Source: an uncultured Spirochaetota bacterium (lineage in GTDB: Bacteria > Spirochaetota > Brevinematia > Brevinematales > JAOACQ01). From it: a DNA stretch of 64,000 nt. The translations under genes were made by a program, and so were the position numbers. How positions within the stretch are numbered: the stretch's first letter is position 1; every line of letters begins with the position of its first letter. Shown here piece by piece: positions 52,284 through 62,363 of this stretch. The notes under the pieces were generated by a model. That model had not been told where the DNA came from, searched no databases, and worked only from the letters and a program-made list of their open reading frames with translations. The DNA is taken from NCBI GenBank assembly GCA_963783575.1, contig CAWAOD010000014.1, positions 224,001 through 288,000 on the forward strand, given 5' to 3'.

Positions 52284-53369
52284 TTAGGTAAAGATCATTA
52301 ATTCTTTAATTTGGTTTTTTATCAAACTTGGCTGCAGCTTTGCTGAATACCCTATAGGTATTTTAGTTAAATAATAGAATGCATCCTTTAATTCCTTTTT
52401 TTCAATATAGCACACCGAAAGATTATATATTGCATCTGGTTTTTTTGATATTTCCATAGCCTGATGGAAGTTTTTAATAGCTTTGTTGATATCTCTCAAT
52501 TTATAATAAACAATACCAAGATTATAATAAGCTCTTTCAAATATTGGGGCTAATAAAATTGCTTCTTCATATTCTTCTATTGCCTTAATGAAATTATTGT
52601 TTATCAGATAGATATTTCCAAGATTGTAATGAAAAATCGGATTATTTTTAAAATAAGAAACCAGTTTTAACAAATGTTCTTTGGCTTTATCAAATTCTTT
52701 CAGACAATATAATTCTCTGCTTAAAAGATAACGGATTCTAATGTCTATTAAAGCATGCTTATTAATTGTTTCATTATTAACTATTTCTTTTATTGATGAT
52801 ATATTTCCAGTATTAAAAACCAATTCCATAAAATCTAAATATACATCACCGTTCTTAGGATATTCTTTTAAAAGTGTTTTGCTTTGTAAAAGAGCTAAAT
52901 GGTTTCTCCCGAATAAATAATCAAGAAAAATTGCTGCTCTTTGCTCCTCGATATGCAGTTCATATAAAAGACCGAAATATTTTATCTTCTGCTGAATTGT
53001 ATCCTGAAGATTATCAATTTTGCCCTTTTTTTTAAGTTCTTTAATTGCAAAAACCCTTAAAAAATAATTATTATCATCCATCATTTTAACCAGTATGTCA
53101 TTTAATTCGTCAAGTTCGCCTGTCATAAGTTTAAACCAATATAATGTGTAAAGTGAAAATCCGGTTAAAGAATTATTTTTTTGAATTATATTTGAAATTG
53201 ATCTGTAATCTGATCCCAAAAGATAAGTATAGAGTAAATAATCAATACTCTTTTTATTTTTTTGAGTTATCCATGATTCTGAGAAATAATGAATTGCTTT
53301 TTCCATATCCATTTTAACAAGAGCATCTTTACCTTTGTAAAATAATTCGTTAAGATTCACTTCTCCCAT
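52284..53369 (-). CDS. Tetratricopeptide repeat protein
   Basis: HYNLGNIY..KAIEEYEEAI, AYYNLGIVYY and AIYNLSVCY TPR units. Confidence 0.85.
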   Translation of the reverse strand: MGEVNLNELFYKGKDALVKMDMEKAIHYFSESWITQKNKKSIDYLLYTYLLGSDYRSISNIIQKNNSLTGFSLYTLYWFKLMTGELDELNDILVKMMDDNNYFLRVFAIKELKKKGKIDNLQDTIQQKIKYFGLLYELHIEEQRAAIFLDYLFGRNHLALLQSKTLLKEYPKNGDVYLDFMELVFNTGNISSIKEIVNNETINKHALIDIRIRYLLSRELYCLKEFDKAKEHLLKLVSYFKNNPIFHYNLGNIYLINNNFIKAIEEYEEAILLAPIFERAYYNLGIVYYKLRDINKAIKNFHQAMEISKKPDAIYNLSVCYIEKKELKDAFYYLTKIPIGYSAKLQPSLIKNQIKELMIFT

Positions 53370-54459
53370 TTAAATATCCTTGAATTAAAATATCCCCTCC
53401 TATATTTTCGACAGATACATCCCTTATTCTAAAAGCATCTGAAATATTTATATCAATATTTCCGTTAAAAAGAGGGATACCTTTCCCGCCAAGGATTATT
53501 GGAGCAATAAAAATAATCATTTTATCTATAATTTTTTCATGATATGCGTTATAAAATATTTTACTGCCGCCTTCTATTAATAAAGATTCAATAAACAATT
53601 GTTTTCCTAGATAATCCACAACTTCTTTTAATGAAATTTTTCCATCATTAAGACTGAACTTAGCATATTTTTTATTATTCTTGATACATAAATCTATGAA
53701 TTTATTTTCGATGTTGTTATTAACAATGAATAAGCTTTGTAAATTATCAGACATTACCAGAGATTCTACAGGTGTTTTTCCAAAAGGATCAATTATTATT
53801 CTAAGTGGATCTTTTATTCTATTTATAGTTCTGACATTTAATTTTGGATTGTCTTGTAAAATAGTACCAACACCTACTAAAACAGAATCAACTTTATTTC
53901 TTAGTTGATGTACCCATAATCTGCTCTCTTCAGAACTGATCCATTTAGAATCTCCATTGATACTTGCAATGTTACCGTCAAGGGTCATTGCACATTTTGC
54001 ATAAATAAATGGGGTTCCTGTCTTTATAAATTTAAAGAAATCCTCATTTAGAATTTCAACATCTTTTGTAAAATCAGATAAAATTCTGACTTTTATTCCA
54101 TTTTTCTTAAGTAGTTTTATTCCATTTCCATTTATTTTCGGATTAGGATCTTTAATACCTATAAATATTTCTTTAATTCCAGACTCAATAATTTTTTTTG
54201 TACATGATTGGGTTTTTTTACCTATAAATTCTACACAGGGTTCTAATGTTACATACATTACAGCACCTTTTGCCCTGCTGCCTGCTTCTTTTAAAGCAAT
54301 AATTTCTGCATGATCAAAACCAAATTTTTTTGTAGCACCTTTGCCCACAACTTCATTATTTTTGACAATTATACAACCAACAGCAGGATTTGGAGAAGTA
54401 TATCCTTTAACCGATTCGGCCAGTGTAATAGCTTCAAAAAAATATTTTTTGTTTTTCAT
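53350..54459 (-). CDS. ribD: Riboflavin biosynthesis bifunctional deaminase/reductase
   Basis: PNPAVG, HAE, TLEPC, AMTLDG, SKWIS and IEGG motifs. Confidence 0.93.
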   Translation of the reverse strand: MKNKKYFFEAITLAESVKGYTSPNPAVGCIIVKNNEVVGKGATKKFGFDHAEIIALKEAGSRAKGAVMYVTLEPCVEFIGKKTQSCTKKIIESGIKEIFIGIKDPNPKINGNGIKLLKKNGIKVRILSDFTKDVEILNEDFFKFIKTGTPFIYAKCAMTLDGNIASINGDSKWISSEESRLWVHQLRNKVDSVLVGVGTILQDNPKLNVRTINRIKDPLRIIIDPFGKTPVESLVMSDNLQSLFIVNNNIENKFIDLCIKNNKKYAKFSLNDGKISLKEVVDYLGKQLFIESLLIEGGSKIFYNAYHEKIIDKMIIFIAPIILGGKGIPLFNGNIDINISDAFRIRDVSVENIGGDILIQGYLNGRSES

Positions 54460-54834
54460 AAATTCTCCTTAAAATTATGCCGATTAACAAAGCACATACT
54501 GTGCATTAATGTGCAAAACTATTATTTTTATAAATTTTTTATTATTTGTTTAAATTATAAAGAGTTATTGGATTTATTTCAAAATTAAATACAGGGTTGA
54601 TTTTTATTGATTAATAAGTTCATTACTAGTAATGAGTTAAATATTAAGTTTTATCCTTTATTGACGCATGATTCAAGATTTAAAATTAAAAAAATGAATG
54701 TGCAGAAATCAAACAATACTATTTTTCTATGCGATAATGATATGTATTTTTGTTGAATTTATGATAGTGATTGATATATAATATTTCTCAATAAAGTATT
54801 AATATAAATTAAAATATTGGGAGGGGAGTCTTTT

Positions 54835-56178
54835 ATGGAAATATGGGATAAGATTTATCAGGAATTGACAAAGAACTTCGATTCATCTCTTAACACTGCA
54901 ATACTTGATAAAATCAGGTTTAAAGAAGTTCAAAATAATGATTCTATTGTATTAATTGCCCCTGATCCTTTAACCTCAGGATGGTTTAGCGATAATTATC
55001 TGGATTTAGCTAAAACAGCCTGTAAAAGTATTTTTAATAAAGAATATAAATTTATAGTTGAAGTTGCTTACAGTGATAAATCATATCAATCGGTTATAAT
55101 TAAAAACCCCAAAAAAATGGATAAAATTTCATTAGCACAATTGAATCCAAAATATACTTTTGAACGTTTTATTGTAGGTCCAAATAATGATTTTGCCCAT
55201 GCAGCCGCGGAACAGGTCGCCGCTAACCCGGCAAAATCTTATAATCCTTTGTTCATTTATGGCAATGCGGCACTTGGAAAAACCCATCTTTTACAGGCAA
55301 CCGCACATAAAATTATTGACACAAAACCGGAATTGAATGTTCATTATACAACCAGTGAAAATTTTACAAATGCTTTTGTGGAAGCAATAAGAAATGCTGA
55401 TACAAATAAATTCAGGAAGAAATATAGAAGTTTTGATGTTCTTCTTGTTGATGATATTCAATTTTTTCAGCAAAAAGAAAGCACACTGGAGGAATTATTC
55501 CACACTTTTAATGAATTGTTCCACGATAGAAAACAGCTTGTGTTTGCTTGTGACAGACCTGCTAAAAGCCTTTCTGCAATAGAAGACAGGTTAAGAACCC
55601 GGTTTGATTCCGGACTCAGTGTAAAAATAGAACCGCCGAATTATGAGATCAGAAAGGCGATCCTATTATCACGAACTGCTGAAGAGAAGACATATATTCC
55701 TGAAGATGTTATAGATTATATTGCTCAGAATATTGATAGCGATATCCGTCTTCTTGAAGGGTCACTAACAAAAATAATCGCTTATTCAAGTTTAAAAAAG
55801 AAAGATGTATCTCTGGATCTGGCTAAAGAAATTTTACGTGATAAAATTAAAGTGGAGGTACCAAAGAATATTACAATTACTGAAATTCAAAGGGTTGTTT
55901 CAAAGTATTTCAATATAACCGTTAATGATCTGAAGTCGGAAAGAAGGCTTGAAAATATAACTTATGCAAGGCATATGGCTATGTACCTTGCCAAAGAATA
56001 TACAAATCATTCATTAACAGAAATTGGTACTCTCTTTGGCGGAAAAGCTCATACAACTGTTATGCGTTCAGCTGATAAGATTTACAACTTAATAAAAAAT
56101 AGGAAAAAAACAAAGAAAGAAATAGAAGATATTATTTCAGAATTTTATAATACAAAAAAAGAGAATATTATATCATAA
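54835..56178 (+). CDS. dnaA: Chromosomal replication initiator
   Basis: LNPKYTFERF, YNPLFIYG..LGKTHL, DDIQF and domain IV HTTVM. ATG 54835 follows GGAGGGG. Confidence 0.95.
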   Translation: MEIWDKIYQELTKNFDSSLNTAILDKIRFKEVQNNDSIVLIAPDPLTSGWFSDNYLDLAKTACKSIFNKEYKFIVEVAYSDKSYQSVIIKNPKKMDKISLAQLNPKYTFERFIVGPNNDFAHAAAEQVAANPAKSYNPLFIYGNAALGKTHLLQATAHKIIDTKPELNVHYTTSENFTNAFVEAIRNADTNKFRKKYRSFDVLLVDDIQFFQQKESTLEELFHTFNELFHDRKQLVFACDRPAKSLSAIEDRLRTRFDSGLSVKIEPPNYEIRKAILLSRTAEEKTYIPEDVIDYIAQNIDSDIRLLEGSLTKIIAYSSLKKKDVSLDLAKEILRDKIKVEVPKNITITEIQRVVSKYFNITVNDLKSERRLENITYARHMAMYLAKEYTNHSLTEIGTLFGGKAHTTVMRSADKIYNLIKNRKKTKKEIEDIISEFYNTKKENIIS

Positions 56179-56240
56179 GATTTCAAATTTGAATATAATG
56201 AATATATCAATGTTGATAAATAAATATGTATTTATTGATT

Positions 56241-56269
56241 TTGACTTAATAATAAAAATGTATTATAAT
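56241..56269 (+). promoter_or_regulatory. Putative sigma70 promoter of rpmE
   Basis: TTGACT-17 nt-TATAAT. Confidence 0.6.
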
Positions 56270-56298
56270 ATTAATAACAAAATTATGAGGGAGATATA

Positions 56299-56499
56299 AT
56301 GAGAGAGAAAATTCACCCAAAACTTTATGATACAAAGGTTAAATGTACTTGCGGAAATGAATTCACTATCCGGACAGCAGTTCCGGAAATCTCAGTTGAA
56401 ATATGTTCAAAATGCCATCCCGCTTATACCGGTCAAAGGAGAATAGCAGAAAGAGGCGGTATGGTTGACAGATTCAAGAAAAGATATAATATCAAATAG
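56299..56499 (+). CDS. rpmE: 50S ribosomal protein L31 (Zn-binding type)
   Basis: IHP, CTCG, CSKCHP and VDRFKKRY motifs. Confidence 0.95.
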   Translation: MREKIHPKLYDTKVKCTCGNEFTIRTAVPEISVEICSKCHPAYTGQRRIAERGGMVDRFKKRYNIK

Positions 56500-56516
56500 A
56501 TTCAGAATTATAGCTT

Positions 56517-57731
56517 ATGCAATCGCATATTTCTCAAGCATTATCTGTAAGTGCCGTTGCTAAGTTTATTTATTCTATCATTTCACAAAACATTTCAAAT
56601 ATCTGGGTACGAGGTGAAATAAGTAATTTTAAAATTCAGCAGAATGGTAATGCTTATTTCACTATTAAAGATACTGATTCTAAAATTAATGTAATAATAA
56701 TGTCTAATTCAAATGCAAGGAAAGTTATAGTCGATTTAAAAAATGGAATGGAAATTCTTATTTATGGTAAACTTTCATATTATAAAAAAGAAGGATATTT
56801 AACCTTTTTTGTTGAGGAAATAGAGTTTATCGGTGAGGGCTTATTAAAACAAAAATTCGATGAACTCAAAAATAAATTAGAAGCAGAAGGTCTTTTTTCA
56901 ATTGAACATAAAAGAAGAATTCCTGAATATCCTCAATGGGTTGGTGTAGTAACATCTCCAACAGGAGCCGCAATTCAGGATATACTTAATATTACTAATA
57001 GAAGATTTGGAAACATTAATTTAATTGTATTTCCTTCTGCTGTACAGGGCGAAAATGCTTCAAAGGAGATCGCAGATGCAATTTGGGTTGCTAATAAATT
57101 TGCCTCACATTATATTGATGTTTTAATAGTAGGAAGGGGTGGGGGATCTCTTGAAGATCTTTGGTGTTTTAATGAAGAGACTGTTGCCAGAGCGATTTAC
57201 TCTTCGAAAATACCAGTTATCTCAGCAATTGGGCATGAGATAGATTACACAATTGCAGATTATGTTGCTGATATGCGGGCACCGACTCCTTCAGCAGCCG
57301 CAGAATTAGTTGTAAAAGATAAAAAGCAGATTATTAATTATATTGAAAATTTATCAACAAGAATAGATACTATAATTAACAACAATATAGAAAATTTAAA
57401 GAAAAATATAGAATATTTGAGAAAAGAAAACTTGAAAAGGTTGGTTGTATCAATTTACGCAGAATATTCTATGACATATAACAATCTTAAAATTCGATTT
57501 TTAAATTTATTTGAAAATTATGTTAAAAAAATTAATACTTTAATAATTCTTCAAAAGGAAAAGCTCAAAACTTTGAATCCTAACAATATTCTAAAACGGG
57601 GCTATTCAATCACGTACAAAATTCTTTCCGATGGTTCAAAAATCAATATTTTAACTCTACATGCTGTCACTAAAGGAGATGTAATAAAAACGGTTATTAT
57701 GGATGGTAATTTTCAGTCTGTAGTAAAATAA
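56517..57731 (+). CDS. xseA: Exodeoxyribonuclease VII large subunit
   Basis: WVRGEISN, TSPTGAAIQD, RGGGSLEDL, GHEID and APTPSAAAE motifs. Confidence 0.94.
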   Translation: MQSHISQALSVSAVAKFIYSIISQNISNIWVRGEISNFKIQQNGNAYFTIKDTDSKINVIIMSNSNARKVIVDLKNGMEILIYGKLSYYKKEGYLTFFVEEIEFIGEGLLKQKFDELKNKLEAEGLFSIEHKRRIPEYPQWVGVVTSPTGAAIQDILNITNRRFGNINLIVFPSAVQGENASKEIADAIWVANKFASHYIDVLIVGRGGGSLEDLWCFNEETVARAIYSSKIPVISAIGHEIDYTIADYVADMRAPTPSAAAELVVKDKKQIINYIENLSTRIDTIINNNIENLKKNIEYLRKENLKRLVVSIYAEYSMTYNNLKIRFLNLFENYVKKINTLIILQKEKLKTLNPNNILKRGYSITYKILSDGSKINILTLHAVTKGDVIKTVIMDGNFQSVVK

Positions 57732-57751
57732 TACAAGAATACTGTTTCTTA

Positions 57752-58070
57752 TTATTTTAAGCTGCTTTTTAGACGGTAATCACTTATATCAAAAGAGATT
57801 AATATTGGGTTTTGTCCTTCTCTTTCAAGATATATAGCGCCATAAATAAATAATTGTGCATTGTATTTTTTACCTTGATATGTAAAATCGAAATTATGAG
57901 AATGTATCTCTGGAAACACTTATATTTGTTATATCATAATATGCAATATTTAATGTATTATAAATAAAACCCTTGAAAGGGAATGCAGTATCGGTGATTT
58001 CAACACTGTAAGCAATTGAAAAAGAAGCTGTTAAAATAAAAAATATCAGTAAAGTTCTCCATAACCTCAT
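57752..58070 (-). CDS. Unannotated small exported protein (~105 aa) split by an apparent 1-nt insertion
   Basis: AAAGGAGG RBS and signal peptide MRLWRTLLIFFILTASFSIA. The frame stops after 58 aa, but removing one base at 57914-16 continues VPEIHSHNFDFTYQGKKYNAQLFIYG...LKSSLK*. Confidence 0.6.
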
Positions 58071-58412
58071 AAAATCCTCCTTTAAAACAAATTTATATCA
58101 CCCATAAATTAGTCACTACCTTTATATAATTATCATAATTTGATTTTATTATACTGTCAATTATTATGGTTAATTAAATACTGAAATTTTTATCATTTTA
58201 ATTTTAAAGAAAATATTATATTTATAGAGTTTTATAAGTTTTCATCATAAATAAAATATTGCATTTTTAGTATTTCATCATTAAAATATTATGCCTTATT
58301 AAACGATATATATGTAAGCAAATATAATTAAATAAACGATTTAATTGTATTGTTCTATAAATTATTTTGTGAAAAATAAAATTTATAATAATTTTTTGAG
58401 GTTTAAATATAG

Positions 58413-60100
58413 ATGAAATATCAGGTAACCGCCAGAAAATGGAGACCACAATCTTTCCGGGAAATTATTGGTCAGGAGAGTCTTGTTCTAACTATAAAAA
58501 ATGCAATTTCTACAAATAGGGTTCCGCATGCTTTTCTATTTTCTGGCGTTAGAGGAGTAGGTAAAACTACTACTGCCAGGATTATAGCAAAAATATTAAA
58601 TTGTCAAAACCCGTTAAATTATGAACCTTGTAATATCTGTTCTAATTGTAACGAAATCACAAACGGTAGCTCTCTTGATGTAATAGAAATAGATGGTGCA
58701 TCAAATAGAGGAATAGACAATATCAGACAAATCAAAGATAATATATCGTATCTTCCACTTTCTGGGAAATACAAAGTCTATATAATTGATGAAGTTCATA
58801 TGCTTACAAATGAAGCATCTAATGCCTTATTAAAAACTCTTGAAGAACCTCCGGAACATGTTGTATTTATTCTTGCGACAACCGAATCTCATAAGGTGAT
58901 TGCTACAATAAAATCAAGATGCCAGCATTATATATTCAAGAAAATTCCAGTAAAAATAATAATGACTCAGCTAAAAAATATTTGTGAAGCTGAAAAAATT
59001 TCCTACTCAGATGAAGGATTATATCTTATTGCTAATGCTGCAGAAGGATCTCTTAGGGATGCTGAAAGTATTTTTGACCAGGTTGTAATCTATTCAAGCG
59101 GTAATGTAAATGAGGAAAATGTTTCACATTTGTTAGGTACACCAGATTCAAACTATTATATTAAACTATTTCAATCGATTCATAACAGGGACACAATTCT
59201 TTTACTGAGAACTGTTGACGATTATATCAATCAAATAGGTGATATTAAAATATTTATAAAGGGGTTTTTGAGTTTTTTAAAAAATGGTTTGTTAATTAAA
59301 AAATTAAGTTTTAATGATGAATTACTTGATATTACAGAAACTAAATATAATGAATACTTTAAATTATTTGAACCTTTCTTGGAAAATGATATTATTAAAA
59401 TTATGGATTTATTATCTTCTGTTTTCAAAGAATTAAAAGGTGATATTAATGAAAGATTTCTACTGGAGATGACTTTATTCAAAGTAATGGATTATAAAAA
59501 TATTATACCTTTATCAGAATTGCGCGATGAAATAATAACTATTACCGGAAAAAGGGAAATACCGGGGTCAATATGCCTAGACCTGCTTCTGTTAAGTTGA
59601 AGAATATAACGGATAATATTCAAAAAAACGATGAAAAAAGGGTTAAATCAGAAGAAATTATTGTTACAAAACAAGGGTCTTTTGAAATTGAATTTAAAAA
59701 TGCATTATTACAGGTTTTATCAAATAGTATGATAATGAAATCAATGATATCTTCAATAAAAAATATCAATTTTAATAATAACAAAATGATTGTTGAATTA
59801 TCATCTGCTCATACAAGCGAATACTTAACAAATAACAGTAAGGATATTTCTAATGAAATTAATTCTATAACCAAGAAAAATATTGATATATTATTTGTAC
59901 ATAATTCAATTGCAGTTGCTGCCGTGTCACAGAAACCTGGATATTTAGAAGACACAATTTTAAGGCAGGATACTAAATCAAAAGAAAATATCAATAAAGA
60001 TAATAATTATAAGAATAATTCTTCAAAGAAAGAAGATGATACTTTACCTGATCTGGTAAATAATATATCAGATTTATTTAACGGTAAAATTGAAAAATAA
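58413..60100 (+). CDS. dnaX: DNA polymerase III subunit gamma/tau, with a frame change near 59549-59553
   Basis: ARKWRP, GVRGVGKTT, Zn-binding Cys, IDEVHML and SRC motifs in 58413..59600. The -1 frame, open from 59531, encodes the C-terminal part up to 60100. Confidence 0.9.
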
Positions 60101-60115
60101 TTTGGAGGACAATTT

Positions 60116-60418
60116 ATGGGACTAATGGATAATGCTAAAAATATGGCAAAATTAAAAAAAATGGCCGATGATGCAAAAAAAGTAATGTCGGATATTAAAG
60201 CAACCGGTGTTTCGAAAAAAGGTTATGTAAAATTATCTTTGGATGGTGAGAAAAATCTTAAAAATATTGAGTTTTCAGATGAGGCATTAAAAATTACATC
60301 AGATGAATTGGCAAAATGTACAAAAGAAGCCCATAAAGCCGCTGCTAAAGAAGTAGATAAAATGGTAAAAAAACAAATGAAAAATAGTGGTCTTAATGAT
60401 TTATTAATGGGAAAATAA
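60116..60418 (+). CDS. YbaB/EbfC nucleoid-associated protein
   Basis: Size, the GYVKLSLDG motif and position between dnaX and recR. Confidence 0.85.
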   Translation: MGLMDNAKNMAKLKKMADDAKKVMSDIKATGVSKKGYVKLSLDGEKNLKNIEFSDEALKITSDELAKCTKEAHKAAAKEVDKMVKKQMKNSGLNDLLMGK

Positions 60419-61012
60419 ATGATCCCCACATATCTCAATAATTTTATAAAAATATTTTCAAAGCTTCCGGGAATTGGATATAAAACATCTGAAAGGCTTG
60501 GATTTTATATACTACAGCAGCCGGAAAGTTTTTCAAATATGCTTGTTGATTCGATATTAAATTTAAAAAAAAACACTATGATTTGTTCCATATGCGGAAA
60601 TATTGATGATTCAGATCCTTGCCATATCTGTAATGATCCTTTAAGGGACAGAAAAATTATCTGTGTTGTTGAAACTGCGCTGGATATCTTTTACATAGAA
60701 TCAACAAATAGTTTTAATGGATTATTTCATGTATTAGGAGGAGTAATATCACCGCTAAATGGAATCACACCGAAAGATTTAAATATTGAGAGCCTTCAAA
60801 ATAGAATTAAGGGTGTAGAAATTAACGAAATTATTTTTGCAACAAGTCCTACCACTGAAGGCGATACAACTGTTTTATATATTAAAGATATAATTCTTGG
60901 AAATTCAATAAAATTTACACATCTAGCCAGAGGCATTCCTGTGGGTACTGGACTGCAGTATGCCGGCAAAATAAGCATATCACAAGCCATTAAGGGTAGG
61001 GAAGAAATATAA
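60419..61012 (+). CDS. recR: Recombination mediator RecR
   Basis: LPGIG, CxxC..CxxC, CVVE, HVLGG, EGDTT and LARGIP motifs. Confidence 0.95.
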   Translation: MIPTYLNNFIKIFSKLPGIGYKTSERLGFYILQQPESFSNMLVDSILNLKKNTMICSICGNIDDSDPCHICNDPLRDRKIICVVETALDIFYIESTNSFNGLFHVLGGVISPLNGITPKDLNIESLQNRIKGVEINEIIFATSPTTEGDTTVLYIKDIILGNSIKFTHLARGIPVGTGLQYAGKISISQAIKGREEI

Positions 61013-61061
61013 GTTTTTATCCCTTGTACTTCCATTTTATATAATTTTCTTATCAAATATT

Positions 61062-61090
61062 TTGACATAATTAATATTGTACATTAAAAT
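61062..61090 (+). promoter_or_regulatory. Putative sigma70 promoter of carD
   Basis: TTGACA-17 nt-TAAAAT. Confidence 0.6.
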
Positions 61091-61127
61091 AATAATGCCT
61101 TTTTCTTTATTTTTATAGGGGAAAAAT

Positions 61128-61616
61128 ATGTTTAAAATTAGCGAAAGAGTTTTTTATCCTTACCATGGTGCTGGAGAAATTCAGAATATTGAAGAAAAAG
61201 AGGTTCTTGGAGAAAAAAGAATTTACTATGTAATTAGGTTTCCTTTAACAGAAACAACAATCATGGTTCCTTCTGATAATACGGAAGAATTGGGACTTAG
61301 GAATATTGCCGATCAAAGAGAAATAAAAAAATGCCTTGAAATCATTTCAGCTTCAACAAGTGAAACGGATGAAGACTGGAAAGTCCGATATAAAAAACAT
61401 CAGGATATGTTGAAATCAGGCACAACAAAAGAAGTAAGCCTTGTTATAAAAAACCTATATGATAGAAATCAAATAAAGGAATTGTCATCAACTGAAAAAA
61501 AACTATATAATAACGCCATAAATATGCTTGTCAGTGAAATAGCGCTATGCATAGGTAAAAACCAGGAAGATGTTAAATCCGAAGTTTGCCGTCTATTAGA
61601 AAAAAATACAAAATAA
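61128..61616 (+). CDS. carD: CarD-family transcriptional regulator
   Basis: VFYPYHGAG, IMVP, GLR, WKVRY and LVSEIA motifs. Confidence 0.9.
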   Translation: MFKISERVFYPYHGAGEIQNIEEKEVLGEKRIYYVIRFPLTETTIMVPSDNTEELGLRNIADQREIKKCLEIISASTSETDEDWKVRYKKHQDMLKSGTTKEVSLVIKNLYDRNQIKELSSTEKKLYNNAINMLVSEIALCIGKNQEDVKSEVCRLLEKNTK

Positions 61617-61734
61617 TACTCTAAATTGTTGAAGGGATAATTTAATATATCATATTATATTTACAACTTAACATAATATATCTTATAGGAAATAACGTTT
61701 CCAAGATAATCTTAACTTTGAATATTCAAACTCA

Positions 61735-62349
61735 TTATTTTATTTCAAGCAAATTTTTGATATCTTTAAAAGTATATTCTTTGGCATTGATTCCCATCTG
61801 ACAAAATTGTAAGCAGTCATATACAATAAGACTAAAATGATTAAAATAATCATTTTCGATTAAATGACCTTTGTAAATATCATCCATTAATTTTATCCCA
61901 TCCCCACCATTTTTAATTGTATAATACATAACACCATAGATTGGCAGAATGGATGCGAATTCATCATTTATCCAGATTCGATTCGGTATATATATCATAA
62001 TCTCAGAAATGTCCTTGTTTTTATTTCCAATATTGAATAAATCAGATAGAAAAGATTTACTGTCGGATTTGACTTTTCTATACTGGTAATCAAGGCCGAG
62101 ACTTTTTATTCGCTCCAATAAATTCAGGACACATTTTTCTCTTTTTGATTCATTGATATTTAATAGGGAATTTTTAACCTCAACCAGTAAGTCGTGGCTT
62201 CCGATTAATTTATTCAAAATCTCTTTACTTTCCTTACGATTTCTCTGTTCAGTATTCTTATTATGATATGATAAAAAGTATTTTACCATATCCAGACTTT
62301 CTTTTGATTTGTTCTCACGGATTACTATTTTCATAACTATTTTCTCCAT
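61735..62349 (-). CDS. Hypothetical protein
   Basis: 204-aa ORF co-oriented downstream of tmk. Confidence 0.55.
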   Translation of the reverse strand: MEKIVMKIVIRENKSKESLDMVKYFLSYHNKNTEQRNRKESKEILNKLIGSHDLLVEVKNSLLNINESKREKCVLNLLERIKSLGLDYQYRKVKSDSKSFLSDLFNIGNKNKDISEIMIYIPNRIWINDEFASILPIYGVMYYTIKNGGDGIKLMDDIYKGHLIENDYFNHFSLIVYDCLQFCQMGINAKEYTFKDIKNLLEIK

Positions 62350-62363
62350 AATAGGTTATAAGA

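Noticed and set aside
52239..52290. Integrative element at the tRNA-Leu 3' end
   Set aside because: No integrase and no duplicated tRNA 3' end were found in the window.
58084..58412. SRP RNA or oriC in the AT-rich stretch upstream of dnaX
   Set aside because: No SRP helix-8 motif and no DnaA-box cluster.
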